Assembly: GCA_027923505.1 (NCBI GenBank)
Contig: BROI01000004.1
Span: 496,001-560,000 of the forward strand
Direction of reading: 5' to 3'
DNA length: 64,000 bases
From: Mayamaea pseudoterrestris
Taxonomy: Eukaryota
Under the pieces are notes generated by a model. The model did not search any database. It was not told the DNA's origin and saw nothing but the letters and a program-made list of their open reading frames with translations. The translations under genes were made by a program, and so were the position numbers. This document shows positions 34,842 through 46,590 of this stretch, piece after piece. Position 1 is the stretch's first letter. The number at the start of each line of letters is the position of its first letter.

Positions 34842-35453
34842 TCATTCCAATCCAGACGATACTACATAGTTCCCATTGAACCACCACGGCACAAAATGCA
34901 GTGAGAACACTGCTCCCATGACTTGAGTGCCGAGAATGAAAGGCGACAGGCATCCCCAAATGGGCCAAATCCCTCGAATCGTCAGCAGCATGCCGACGGC
35001 TCCAAACACCATCATGCCTGGAATGACGCGCGGACAGTAGACTGGCCATGCCGATGAGTCTGTCAAGCCCTTGGCAAACCTTAGATAAACGACAAGATAC
35101 ATTAAAAGTGCAAAGTCAGTAACAAAGCAAGATGCTGCCAATTGTAAAAGCATCCGAATTGGTTGTCGAGTATTGGAGTTTGTGGAACCAGACGTAAGCA
35201 GCACTTGGTAGATTTGCGTGAAATATGCAACGACGATAGCAGCGGCGATCCAGCAAAAGGCAATAAATTTGTTCCAGAGTCGAATAGAGACTCGCTTGTC
35301 GCCAAATACTGGTGGATTCGATTCAGAGGTGGAGGGCGACGTCGATCCGGCAGGCGCCGCCCGATTGTGGTTACTTTCGCAGGAGCTTTGTGATCCTCCG
35401 TCTTGCGACGAAACTCTTCGGTAGCTCTGATTGTTGGATGTTACAGAAGTCAT
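34842..35453 (-). CDS. TMEM128-like four-TM membrane protein
   Basis: Four hydrophobic helices with YLVVYL..YCPRVIP..IWPIWGCLSPFILGTQVMG. Confidence 0.7.
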   Translation of the reverse strand: MTSVTSNNQSYRRVSSQDGGSQSSCESNHNRAAPAGSTSPSTSESNPPVFGDKRVSIRLWNKFIAFCWIAAAIVVAYFTQIYQVLLTSGSTNSNTRQPIRMLLQLAASCFVTDFALLMYLVVYLRFAKGLTDSSAWPVYCPRVIPGMMVFGAVGMLLTIRGIWPIWGCLSPFILGTQVMGAVFSLHFVPWWFNGNYVVSSGLE

Positions 35454-35755
35454 TCTCAATATGTGTAGTAGTACTATGCAATGTCTCAGAAACTTGAGGA
35501 GCGCGCACTGCGTTGATGAAGCATCGTCGACGGCGCGCCCTCCATCATGGCGCGACTTCGCCCCTTGGCAAAACCACTGCGACGTCCGTTTCTTTTCGTA
35601 ATTTCCACATCGCCGATTTGCTTGTCGATCATCGTCCAGCATTGCTCGGCAAAGCAAAAGTAGTTGATCAGGAAACAACATAATCTTATTACAGTCGAAT
35701 ATTTGGCCAACACTTTAACCTAGCCTATCTCAGAATGCATTTATTTACCATTTAG

Positions 35756-36669
35756 CTACTGTCGTCCAAGTCGCTGACCACCTCCACCCCATCCATATCC
35801 ACCACCTCCTGCTGGCCCTGCCGCCGGCGCGTTTCGATGCTCCGGCACTTGCACCAACCGAGGCTCCTCCGGCCGATACTCTCCAATGCCAAAGTAATCA
35901 ATCAAAAATCGTGGCGTGACAAGAATGTCCTTCCCTTGCACCTGCGGCACAACATCCACCAAAAAGTAGTACAAGTGGCCAATGGCAAGCCCATGGCACA
36001 TGTCGGCATATGAGTTGCCCATAAATACAGTAAGTGCGAGATATGCAAAAGGTAGGTAGATTGCCTTGACTGGCAAGCCTGCGTGATGACAGCAAATACG
36101 AAAGATGCGAGCGTGAGAACAACTCCTTGTATCCCGAACCTAGCATCGCCAGTCTACTCTCCATCATTTGACTTACCCCATATATTCGCGTTTGCGTCCG
36201 GATTTCGTCGGCTCCAAATGTACAGCACAAAGTAGATTAGATTGCGCGCAAACATTGGCGGCAGGTTCGCAAAGGCCGATACCAGCGGATAGGTGATCAG
36301 AATCATAATCACAGCAAACATAATGGCAAACGCATAGTCTGCCGTTCCTCCTCCGGCTCCGGTATTGAACGGCCCGCCCGCTTCGTACTGCTTGCTAAAC
36401 TGCACCAGCAAGTATAGTGCAATCAACGTGCCAAAGTCAAACGACCCGACAAACAGAAAGCAAGTCGCCAATCTCCATAATTCAAATCGATTGTAAATGG
36501 CAGGCCAAATAAAGACCATTTGCATGGGAGAAAAGATTCCAAAGTTTGTAGCAACCGTGATTAGCAGGGACGCTCCGAACCAGTTTCGTGTGACGAACGG
36601 AAGCGCTTTGAACATTTCGAGCGGGCCGACGGCATCGCCGACGCCTCCAACGTTCGCCATGGGCGGCAT
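35756..36669 (-). CDS. Derlin (host ERAD Der1-like); intron 36079..36176
   Basis: LPFVTR, ELWRLATCF, YIWSRRNP, AIYLPF, GHLYYFLVD and GGGQRLG (SHP-like). No signal peptide, so not the symbiont (SELMA) type. Confidence 0.93.
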
Positions 36670-36913
36670 GATGTTTATATATTAAAAATTGTGTTATTGA
36701 TGTGAAAGCGCTTGCGAATCTACAATTGTGCTTGTCGTATGAGAGTTGTCGATGATGTTGTGATCAAGAAGCTTCGCTCGATGCAATGGAGATGGCGCGC
36801 CGTCGCGCCAAAACGTGAACCGCTGTGACATCCCATGTTTCGACCTGTCACATCGCATGCTTTCACAATCTACTTGTTCTTCCATCTTGACCATTGCTCT
36901 TTCAATATACTAA

Positions 36914-37981
36914 ATGCGAGAACCTACTACACCACTATCCATCAAGAGTTGCAGCATTGTCGATTGCGGACCGCATCGCGTCTCATCTCGATCTGTCTCA
37001 TGGAGCGTTTCCGGCAGCTATTTGAGCATGGCCGGATCCGACGCGACGGTGCGCGTGTTGGGCGTCGACGCTGGCGGCGCCGCCGCGCGCGAAGTCTTGG
37101 TCGTCAGTGGACACTCCGCCGCGGCAACAAAGACGCGGTTTCATCCAATCGACGAAAGTGTCTTGTGCACGGCGGCCAATGACAAGACGGTGCGACTGTG
37201 GGATGTTCGCAACGCGTCGCAGCGAGCCACTGGAATCATTGACGTGAAGCATGGCAACTCGCCCGTTTCGGTGGAGTGGAGTCGCCAGAGTATGCAGCTC
37301 GTTGTGGTGGAGCAGGATGGAAGCGTTTGCGTCTACGACGCGCGCAAGCTATCGGCAGGTGACCGAGGGAGTGGAAAAGGTAGTCAGCCGCAACATTTGT
37401 TTCGGTTGCCAAAGCGAAACGTGACGGAAATGTGCATCTTTTCGCCAGATGGAAACTACTTGATTGCCGAAGCATGCTCGGACTACGTTGGGAGTCTCCA
37501 AATATGGCCATTGCAAGGCGACAAGGACGCTAATAACGTTCCCACAAATGTGACGAGCTTTCCCACGCACGGACCTATTTACTCGATGCAATTTTCACCA
37601 AGCAATACCAAACTGGCAACGGGAGGCGCGGACGCCTGCGTCTCCGTGTGGGACACTGACAGCATGGCATGCCTATATACGATTGCGCGACCGACAAAGT
37701 ATGTGCGCAGCGTTAGCTTTTCGCACGACAGTAAGCTGTTAGCAACGAGCGCCAATGCGGATTGCATTGACATTTCAGATGCTAGTAACGGCGCACTTGT
37801 GGGAATGGTAACGGCCACTGGAACGGGATGGAAACTGGGAGTCTTGGAGGAAGTTGCGTGGCATCCGAAGGAGTATGTCATTGCTTGTGCACGCTTGGAC
37901 GCGGGTGCCGCTGGAATGTCTCCGAGTCCTATTGCACTGGTCAAATTAGAGGTTGGACAAGCAGGATTAGCTTCGCAATAG
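36914..37981 (+). CDS. THOC3: WD40 protein, THO complex subunit 3 (TEX1)-like
   Basis: WD repeats; LATGGADACVSVWD, VRSVSFSHDSKLLA and VAWHPKEYVIA. Confidence 0.75.
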   Translation: MREPTTPLSIKSCSIVDCGPHRVSSRSVSWSVSGSYLSMAGSDATVRVLGVDAGGAAAREVLVVSGHSAAATKTRFHPIDESVLCTAANDKTVRLWDVRNASQRATGIIDVKHGNSPVSVEWSRQSMQLVVVEQDGSVCVYDARKLSAGDRGSGKGSQPQHLFRLPKRNVTEMCIFSPDGNYLIAEACSDYVGSLQIWPLQGDKDANNVPTNVTSFPTHGPIYSMQFSPSNTKLATGGADACVSVWDTDSMACLYTIARPTKYVRSVSFSHDSKLLATSANADCIDISDASNGALVGMVTATGTGWKLGVLEEVAWHPKEYVIACARLDAGAAGMSPSPIALVKLEVGQAGLASQ

Positions 37982-38197
37982 TCAACAAGTAGATGAATGT
38001 AACTTTGCCTAAACTGATCTAAAAGGGTCACTTGTATGTTGGCAGGTAGCGCAGCTAACCCTCTATCCTTAACGAGTTTTCATGGGCTATGAGCCGACAG
38101 TCATCGCCCTCCGTTTTTCAAATCGACCATGAACTTCGGATATTCTCTGGGATCTATCATCGTTTCGTGATACCCATTGACTCGATCACTTGTGAGC

Positions 38198-39863
38198 ATG
38201 GCGGACGCAACAACCCTATTTACTCTATTGGAGAATGCTGCAGGCTACGCCTTGTTTGAAGTCGTTGCCTTTGAGGAGATTGGAGCCTTGCAGGCCGACC
38301 CGACGGACCTCAGTCGCTTTGGTCGCGCCATCAAGCTCAAGGGCTTTCAGCCGTTCGAGTCAGCGGCGGATGCCTTGGAAAATGCCAATGCCATTTCCGA
38401 GCATGCGATGAGTGGAACCTTGCACAACTTTTTGGAAATGAATCTGCCAAAGGCGAGCAAGAAGAGCTCCAAGACGCCAACCTTTTCGCTCGGTGTCATT
38501 GATCCGGCCTTGGCAACGTCAATATCGGAAGGTTTAGGCGGAGTCAGTTGTCGGTCAGATGATACCGTTCGAGAGATTCTGCGCGGCTGTCGGTTGCACT
38601 TGGAAACGTACATCAAGGGACTAGCGGGAGGTGCATCAGAAAAGGCCCAGCTTGGTCTCGGCCACGCGTATTCGCGCTCCAAGGTCAAGTTCAACCCGGC
38701 GCGCAGTGACAATATGATCATTCAGTCGATTGCTCTCTTGGATCAGCTTGACAAGGATGTCAATACCTTTGCCATGCGAGTGCGTGAGTGGTATTCGTGG
38801 CATTTCCCCGAGTTGAAGGATTTGGTCAAGGACAATATTATGTTTGCTCGTTCAGCAGCCTTTATTCAGGATAAGAACAGCTTGTTTACTCACACAGAAA
38901 ACGGAGATGAAGATTTAACGAGTCCCAAACTGGCTGGCCTGACTCAAATTGTTGGTGACGAGGATGTTGCCAAGGCAGTCATTGCGGCAGCGCGAACGAG
39001 CATGGGAATGGATTGCAGCACGGTTGATATGATTAACATTGTCAACTTTACGGAACGCATGGTCAAGCTTGCTGAATACAGAAAGCAGCTGTCACTCTAT
39101 TTGGAAGACAAGATGAACATTGTGGCACCGAATCTTTCTGCTTTGATCGGCGACACGGTGGGAGCACGGTTGATTAGCAAGGTGAGCTTTTAAACTACTT
39201 GAATTGGCAGACTCACTCTTGCGATATCTTACTCACATACCGTCTGCTTCGCGTTCACAGGCCGGCTCACTAACCAACCTCGCCAAGGCGCCAGCAAGTA
39301 CAGTTCAAATTCTTGGTGCCGAGAAAGCGCTCTTTCGTGCCCTCAAGACCAAGGGCAATACGCCAAAGTACGGTCTCATTTACCACAGCACCTTTATTGG
39401 TCGCGCCGAGGCCAAGAACAAGGGACGCATCAGCCGATACTTGGCCAACAAGTGCTCGATTGCGACGCGCATTGACTCATTTTCGGACAATCCGACGCGA
39501 ATCTACGGAGAAAAGCTTCGTGAACAAGTCGAGGAACGTCTACAGTTTTACGAAACTGGCAAGGCGCCGCGAAAGAATATTGATGTGATGCAAGAAATTG
39601 CGGCTTCGATGAAGGTTGACAAGGATGTTGAAATGGAAGATGTGGCGCCAAAGAGCAGCAGCAAAAAGTCCAAAAAGGAAAAGAAGCATTCGTCTGACGA
39701 CGATGATGTTGAAGAACCCAGCTCTGGCAAGAAGCGCAAGTCTGAAGAGCCGAGTTCGAGCAAGAAAAAGGACAAGATGGAAGTTGACTCGGATGATGAG
39801 TCGCCCAAGAAGAAAAAGAAGAAGGACAAGAAGAAGCGAAAGTCCAAGGGTGGCGACGAGTAA
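38198..39863 (+). CDS. NOP56: Nucleolar protein 56 (box C/D snoRNP); intron 39182..39260
   Basis: [44 protein letters not shown] and a Lys-rich tail. Confidence 0.97.
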
Positions 39864-40001
39864 TTCTAATGATGGGGTTAATTCTCATATTGTAAGCTGC
39901 CATTTTACATTCACGCTCCTTATAGGTATCGTTGAGCTTCAACTGATGATAAAACTGAGCTAAAGTTTGCAGCTCACAAGAAACGTGAGCACCGTCGACA
40001 T

Positions 40002-40401
40002 TTACTTCTTTTTCCTCGCGCCCGACCCCTTCTTTGGCGGACCCTTGCCTCGCCGCTTCATGTATTCTAGTTTGGTACGTTTTCTTTCCTCCAGTTCCGT
40101 CTCAAAGCCAGGAATGAACTGTCAGGCAGCAACGCCAGTGATTAGTGTGAGTGTCTAAATGATCATAAAGCCTCCATTAGCTCAATCAATCGAGTGCACT
40201 CACCTTTCGCGCAGAGGTCGCAATTGGATCCATGTAGTACTGATTCATGTAGACGCCCTGTAGCTGTTGCTTGGATCGTTGTATGCCCGTCCTCATGTTG
40301 AGCTGCGGCGCTCGGCCAAATACATCTCGCTGAACTTCGTTCACTGCTCGTCGAATAAGCTCCTTGTGTTGCTGCAACAAACGCAATGTTGCAATGGACA
40401 T
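40002..40401 (-). CDS. Mitochondrial ribosomal protein mS33 (RSM27)-like; intron 40119..40203
   Basis: VFG..MRTG..LQG..YY followed by spliced EERKRTKLEYMKRRGKGPPKKG. Confidence 0.85.
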
Positions 40402-40663
40402 GCTTCTTTAGTATAACTAGCTTTTGCAAATGATGGTAGCGATTCTACAGCGGAACAAAAGTGCTCGGCGTCCCATGGTGGATGCATGGTGGAAGCGTCG
40501 TGTGACGAGGATTCCAGTACCGCTCCGACTACCATCTTACACGCTACGACAAATTCGTTTTGGAAACGGACGATTTCATTTTGGAAACGGATGACGACGA
40601 GGAAAACATGGCCTGCCACCATGAGATGAAGCCGCCCCCAAATCAAGTTCCTGGGCATTAAGC

Positions 40664-41791
40664 ATGCTCTCAATCGTTATTTGCGCTCTATGGGTCACAC
40701 TCAATCAGTCGGTGAAAGCATTACAGTTGGATGACTCTCACTTGCAGCAGCTGCAGAGCCGTCGAACATGGATGATTGGAACGGCAACAACTGCCATGTC
40801 GCCGGCCTTGGTCATGCCGCTGCCGGCATTGGCGGCGGAATCTTCCATACCTCCCATTGTGAAACCAGGGTCAAGAGCCAGGCTTGATCCTGTCACAATT
40901 GGTGCATGGGAAACCATGCCTCAGCTTCAAACGACGCTTGGTCAGGCGCGAATCGGATCAGCCGACCTGCGGCCATTTTCACAAGGATTGAACCCCTTTG
41001 CGGACCAAGAATTATATTACAATCCCTTTCTGTTTGGAGCTTGGAATACTACTGCTACGCTAAAGCGCAAGATATTTCCATTCGGAACGAGTTACTTGCC
41101 ATCCAGCTCGCTCGTGGAGGGAAGTCCGCGTCATGGCGAGGAAGCCGTCGGAAATGCCTGCACCTACGAGCAGCACTACTTTTCGACCTTGGCGAATACG
41201 CTGCGCAATCAAGTCACGGTCAATTTTGGGACGGGTGTGCCGCAATCAAAAGTCATTCAAGATAGATCCTTCAACATTATATCCATGTCCAAAGCGTACC
41301 ATCAGCTGACACCAGTGGAGCAAGTCGAGTGGGACTATCAAAAGGAACCGACGAAACTATATTTGATCTACAGGGCTGCTCCTGTGGCAAACGACATGCG
41401 ACCACTCGGTCGACGAAGAGCGACCGTCTACTTGAATGGTCGAGCGCGCGCCGACAATGATCAAGGCAGCGTCAGCTGCGTGCTGGAGCAGAGTCGGTCG
41501 GTGCTGCAAGCGCCAGGCGCTGTCGTTGTGTCTGATACGGAAGTTGTTACTGAATACTATGCCATTGACTCGGATCATGTCAAGGCAGTGTCGCGCATTG
41601 CCGTCTATCTATCACCAAATCCCAACAGCCGCGAGGGACTGCTGTGGGAGCAAGTTGGCGGACGAGCCGTGGGACTGTACGACTACGAGCTCGACATGCG
41701 TCGCATCAAGGAGTCGTTTCAGTTGGGAGATGGCACAATGATTGAAAAGGCATGTGTGACGACTCCAAAGGACTATGTCCAATGCGAGTAG
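40664..41791 (+). CDS. DUF6816-like plastid protein, probably thylakoid lumen
   Basis: Signal peptide, then SRRTW twin-Arg, a hydrophobic stretch and an ALA cleavage site; LYYNPFLFGAW and DRSFN motifs. Confidence 0.65.
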   Translation: MLSIVICALWVTLNQSVKALQLDDSHLQQLQSRRTWMIGTATTAMSPALVMPLPALAAESSIPPIVKPGSRARLDPVTIGAWETMPQLQTTLGQARIGSADLRPFSQGLNPFADQELYYNPFLFGAWNTTATLKRKIFPFGTSYLPSSSLVEGSPRHGEEAVGNACTYEQHYFSTLANTLRNQVTVNFGTGVPQSKVIQDRSFNIISMSKAYHQLTPVEQVEWDYQKEPTKLYLIYRAAPVANDMRPLGRRRATVYLNGRARADNDQGSVSCVLEQSRSVLQAPGAVVVSDTEVVTEYYAIDSDHVKAVSRIAVYLSPNPNSREGLLWEQVGGRAVGLYDYELDMRRIKESFQLGDGTMIEKACVTTPKDYVQCE

Positions 41792-42344
41792 TTGGAGTGT
41801 CGTGATGAGGTGCGATGAGCGGAGGTTGTCTTGCGGGCTCGCCTCTCCTCTGCGACATATCAGGTAGTCGCCACACCGATGCAAATAGCGGTGCTAAAAT
41901 TCAAAAGGCAAAGCTACTCCGGTTTGAATCGAAGAGACTCCGCAATTCGCTTTTAAATGGTTTGAATCCAAGCGATGCAACCATTTGATTAGCTAACGTT
42001 ACATTGGGAACTGACGATTTTACATTCGACTGCTGACTACAAGTAGCACCTCTCGACGCGTTGGATGACGTGCTCAGTTTTAGCTAAAAACAGCTATCTA
42101 TCTGTCATCTTGTCTCGATCGTGGTGCGTCGCTGCTCTCGTGTTCGTTCGCCAATTTTGGCGCGGCGCGCTTTGAATCGGAATGGGAGTCGGGATTTTGC
42201 GCGCCAGCCGAACCTTGGAATGTCTGCTCACTCATCTGCTCCGACGGTCGGTTGCTCCACTCTTTACAGACTCTCTTGCCTCGCATACTCATATTCATGA
42301 TTGACTTGGTCTATTTGCGACAACGTGCCGTCGTGCACTCTCGC

Positions 42345-43770
42345 ATGAGAAAGGCTCCAAGCATGGTGGTGGTGAATCCAACTGCTGGTGGCCTGCCGGC
42401 AAAGAATGAGCAGGCGTGGCGCAAGTATGGGCAAGCCAAACGACGAGAATTAGTCGAGCAAGATGATTTGCAAGGTGGCAAGGAGTTTGACATGAATCCA
42501 AACTGTAACATAGAATGCTATTTTCAGCTAGCCGAAAGAGTAAGTGGGATGTGATGCGTGATTCGATGCCGTGCTTGCTGTCGTGACGACTCACAAAATC
42601 ACCTTTACTTTGCTACTGCAGGTTGTTGCTCAGTTCAAAACCATGATTGAAACACTCGAACCTTTGACATTTGAACGAACATATATCATGGGGCATCGCT
42701 TGGTGGCATTCTTTTCCGAGGCCCTACCCCGTCATCCCGAATACATGGACTCTAGCATGGACAAGCGTCGGAGCGAAACGATTCGCGATTTGGTGTGGAT
42801 TCATCAGCGACTGGAGGAGATTGCTCTCAAGATTGACGAGGAGCAGCTCAATCGCTACATTACGGATGAATATGAACCTGAAGCTGACGATGACTCGACG
42901 ACTTGCTCGTCGTCGAGTAGTGGCGAAGAAACGTGGAGTCATGGCAAGGACGCTGCTACTGATGCGGAATCCAAGGTGAGTTCACACCTGATTACGCCAG
43001 GCGGTACCTGGGAAAGCTTTGACGGATGGTCCCTGGACACTTTGAGTGAAGACGAGACTCCGCATTTGCTAGAATCCGATACGAGTTTGACGTCGTCGAG
43101 GGATACAATCAGTCTGGAGGATCTGCCCGAGTTTGATAGCGCCTTGTCGCTGCCGATTCGCCATCCTGTCGATGCACCCACGGAGGAACCGAATGACATT
43201 GCAGAAACGGACGGTTTGGATCCTGACCTTGATATGGACCTGCTTGAAGAGGACGAAGATGATGCCATTGACGAAAAGTACATGAGCACGCTTCGTCCTG
43301 ATCTCTTTGAGATTCAGCAAGCCGTCCGATCATCCCAATTTCTTCGACAAATTGCCGAGGAGGATGTGGAGTACGAGTGGGACTCTGAAGCGAATGATAG
43401 CTGGGCCCAGGATGTGGACAGTGACGAGTTTGCCGACTGCGTTTTGGAATTAGGTGACAGTTTCGATGGCGATGACAGCCGCATGGCCTTGGGTGAGATT
43501 GTAAGAAACGTCGGTGGACATTTTGTAAAGCATAACTCAACAATACCTCACTTGTTGGCAAAGTCACTGACCTTTGACGAAGACATGCCGGACGATGAAG
43601 CGACTTGGTCGGCGAAATCACGACCAATTTCTCATTCGTTGCCAAGCACCCAATTGTTTTCGTATGAAGTTGATGCTCCAGATGATGAAGCACGCTCGTG
43701 GGCATCTGTTAAGCGTGACCCTGCGAGACGAGCTCTGTTTCAATGTGATGATGTGTCATACTCTGTTTGA
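42345..43770 (+). CDS. Protein with USP8-dimerisation/AMSH-type N-terminal helical domain and long acidic tail; intron 42540..42621
   Basis: IECYFQLAER|VVAQF..ERTYIMGHRLVAFFSEALPRHPEY; GTAAGT/TGCAG intron. Confidence 0.7.
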
Positions 43771-44011
43771 TAAGTTGCCTTTACTGACAATTTAAAAGTC
43801 CATGCGTAGTTTGTGCACTACTACTGTCGCTAGTTTTATATCGTACATATACTTCGGTGGTCTAAGTGAGTTCATAGTTTCGTGTTAGTTGGAGTGAGCT
43901 GCATGCCTGCAGGAAACTCTGTCGATGCCTACCAGGTATAACGGTTTAGCTCAGTAGCTGAATGCCGGAGCGGTACTCACGTTCTGCTCGCATCCTTTGA
44001 AGCGCTCCACC

Positions 44012-45553
44012 ATGGATTTTTGTTGCCCTCTCGCATCAACGAGATCATTCATGCGCATGATCAGGCTTCCTATACTTCTCTTGAGCATCAAGCCATCTCG
44101 CAGTCTTCAGACTTATAGTTTCAAGGAGTTATCGCTTCGTTCTTTGCCGTTACATCGTTGTTCCTCGTCCTTATTGTTCACCTCATCAGCTTCTTCGCCC
44201 ATTATGATTCCAAGTCCACCGCTCGAATACACTACGATTTCCAATCCATTTGATTTGAACGATTTGAACCAATTGTGTGTCCAAACTGAAGAGGAGCGTC
44301 AAAAGGGCTATGACTTGTCGCGCAAGATACACGTGGCGCTGGTGCAAGCTCGACGCGCCATTGCGCTCAATCAGCTTGAGCAAACCGCGCTTGAGCAAAT
44401 CGATGCATACGCCGTTGAAGTCAAACAGCAGCAGTCAAAAGACAGGGAGCCTCGCATTGCAAACTTGAATCATCGCATGGAAGAAATTGCTCGCGTCAAG
44501 GCATTGCAGCACTTTTTGACAACTGGTCAACTAATTGCTCCGTCCTCGTTACCGGCCATCTCCGACGAAGAGTACTTGGCAGGCGCCTGCATGGGACTGG
44601 CGCAGGATTTACAACGTTACGGTCTTGGGAGAGCAACGGCTCGCGATGAGGACTCGGTCAAGATGGCGTGCGACCTGGTGCGTTCCATTCTCGATTACTT
44701 GCTCAAATTTGACTTTCGAAACGGGCCGTTGCGCCGCAAGTATGATGGTACCAAGTATTCTTTGAAGGCTTTGGAGACGCTGCTATATGAGTTAGCTGTG
44801 ACGGGTGGGAGCAAGCAGGAGCAAGAGGAAACACCTGAGAGTAAACGACCCCGTCTCGAAGATTCATCCTTGCTTCCACACAACGAACTCGATGCCATCC
44901 GACTTCGCATGGAGCATCGCGACGAATTGCGAGAAAACTTGATCAAAAAATGTCGAGATGGTCAAAAGGCTGCCAAGCAAGCAATTTTTGCCTTGCATCG
45001 AGGCGACAAGGACCGCGCGCTCAAGCTCTTGGCCGAGTGTCACCACTGTATAACGAATGAACTGTTGCCGATTGTTAAGGAAGAACCGCCACTCAAGTTT
45101 GGATCTTTTGCAAATGTTCTCGAGGAATATGTGGAGGCCAAACTGTTTGCCTGTTGGTTATACGGACCGGACGTGAACACGACACAAACTGTAAGTGCCT
45201 GTGGCACCATACTAAAGCCAGAGGACTTTGACATTCATCTTGATCCAGAAGTTTATCTTGGTGGTCTTTGCGACCTTACAGGAGAGGTAGGCCGATACGC
45301 CGTGCAGCGCGGCACGTTGCGGGACGACGACGGAGTCAAGCTGTGCCTTCAGACGAATCGAGATATTCAAACGAGTATTGAATCCATGGAGCGTATTCCA
45401 ACGGGCACCATGAAGAAGATGGATCAGCTCAGTCGTAGCGTGGAAAAGTTGGAGCGCATGCTCTACGAAATGAGTCTATCTACGGCGGTAGGCCGAAACG
45501 TGAAGAGTCAAGTGGATGATGTCGAAATGCATGGGGGCGGCGATGATCTTTGA
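44012..45553 (+). CDS. Translin-TRAX fusion protein (two tandem translin-family domains); start codon uncertain
   Basis: Domain 1 has DEEYLAG..DFRNGPLRRKYDGTKY. Domain 2 has RENLIKKCRD..AKQAIFALHR, EEYVEA and YLGGLCDLTGE. Confidence 0.9.
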   Translation: MDFCCPLASTRSFMRMIRLPILLLSIKPSRSLQTYSFKELSLRSLPLHRCSSSLLFTSSASSPIMIPSPPLEYTTISNPFDLNDLNQLCVQTEEERQKGYDLSRKIHVALVQARRAIALNQLEQTALEQIDAYAVEVKQQQSKDREPRIANLNHRMEEIARVKALQHFLTTGQLIAPSSLPAISDEEYLAGACMGLAQDLQRYGLGRATARDEDSVKMACDLVRSILDYLLKFDFRNGPLRRKYDGTKYSLKALETLLYELAVTGGSKQEQEETPESKRPRLEDSSLLPHNELDAIRLRMEHRDELRENLIKKCRDGQKAAKQAIFALHRGDKDRALKLLAECHHCITNELLPIVKEEPPLKFGSFANVLEEYVEAKLFACWLYGPDVNTTQTVSACGTILKPEDFDIHLDPEVYLGGLCDLTGEVGRYAVQRGTLRDDDGVKLCLQTNRDIQTSIESMERIPTGTMKKMDQLSRSVEKLERMLYEMSLSTAVGRNVKSQVDDVEMHGGGDDL

Positions 45554-45874
45554 GCGACTGTGAATCCCACTATCAACTCTATATAGCTCACATGAGTCTA
45601 TCTTAATGAATTGAGGCTGTTTTTGCGTCTATTATCGTGTATCCCGCGGCATGCCAGCTATCGTCCGTCGTCAAACACAAACCATATAGCGTTGCTTGCT
45701 GGATCAGTAGCAGTGCGACAGGTGTGACAGCTTGACAAGATCTCGTTCCGTCTTCGATGCTGCTCTCACATTACATCATCACTCTACAGCTTTTAAACTA
45801 TCTTACGACCTGACTTAGACTTTTAAACGCCCTCAGCCATTCTCGTATCCAAAATTTGAAAGTATTTAGCAATC

Positions 45875-46414
<540 letters not shown>

Positions 46415-46590
46415 TTTTGAGATCAAATAATGCATGCACACAGTGATATCAGTTGGTGCAGTCGCTGATAACATAATTGTTTTTGACTTGAACCATTGTA
46501 CATATGAATTTATAAATGTTGTTTTAGAGATCTAAAGCGACTACGGCGGGTGGACTACGATGAAGTCTCTGGCAAGGTGTGCTTAGGTCT

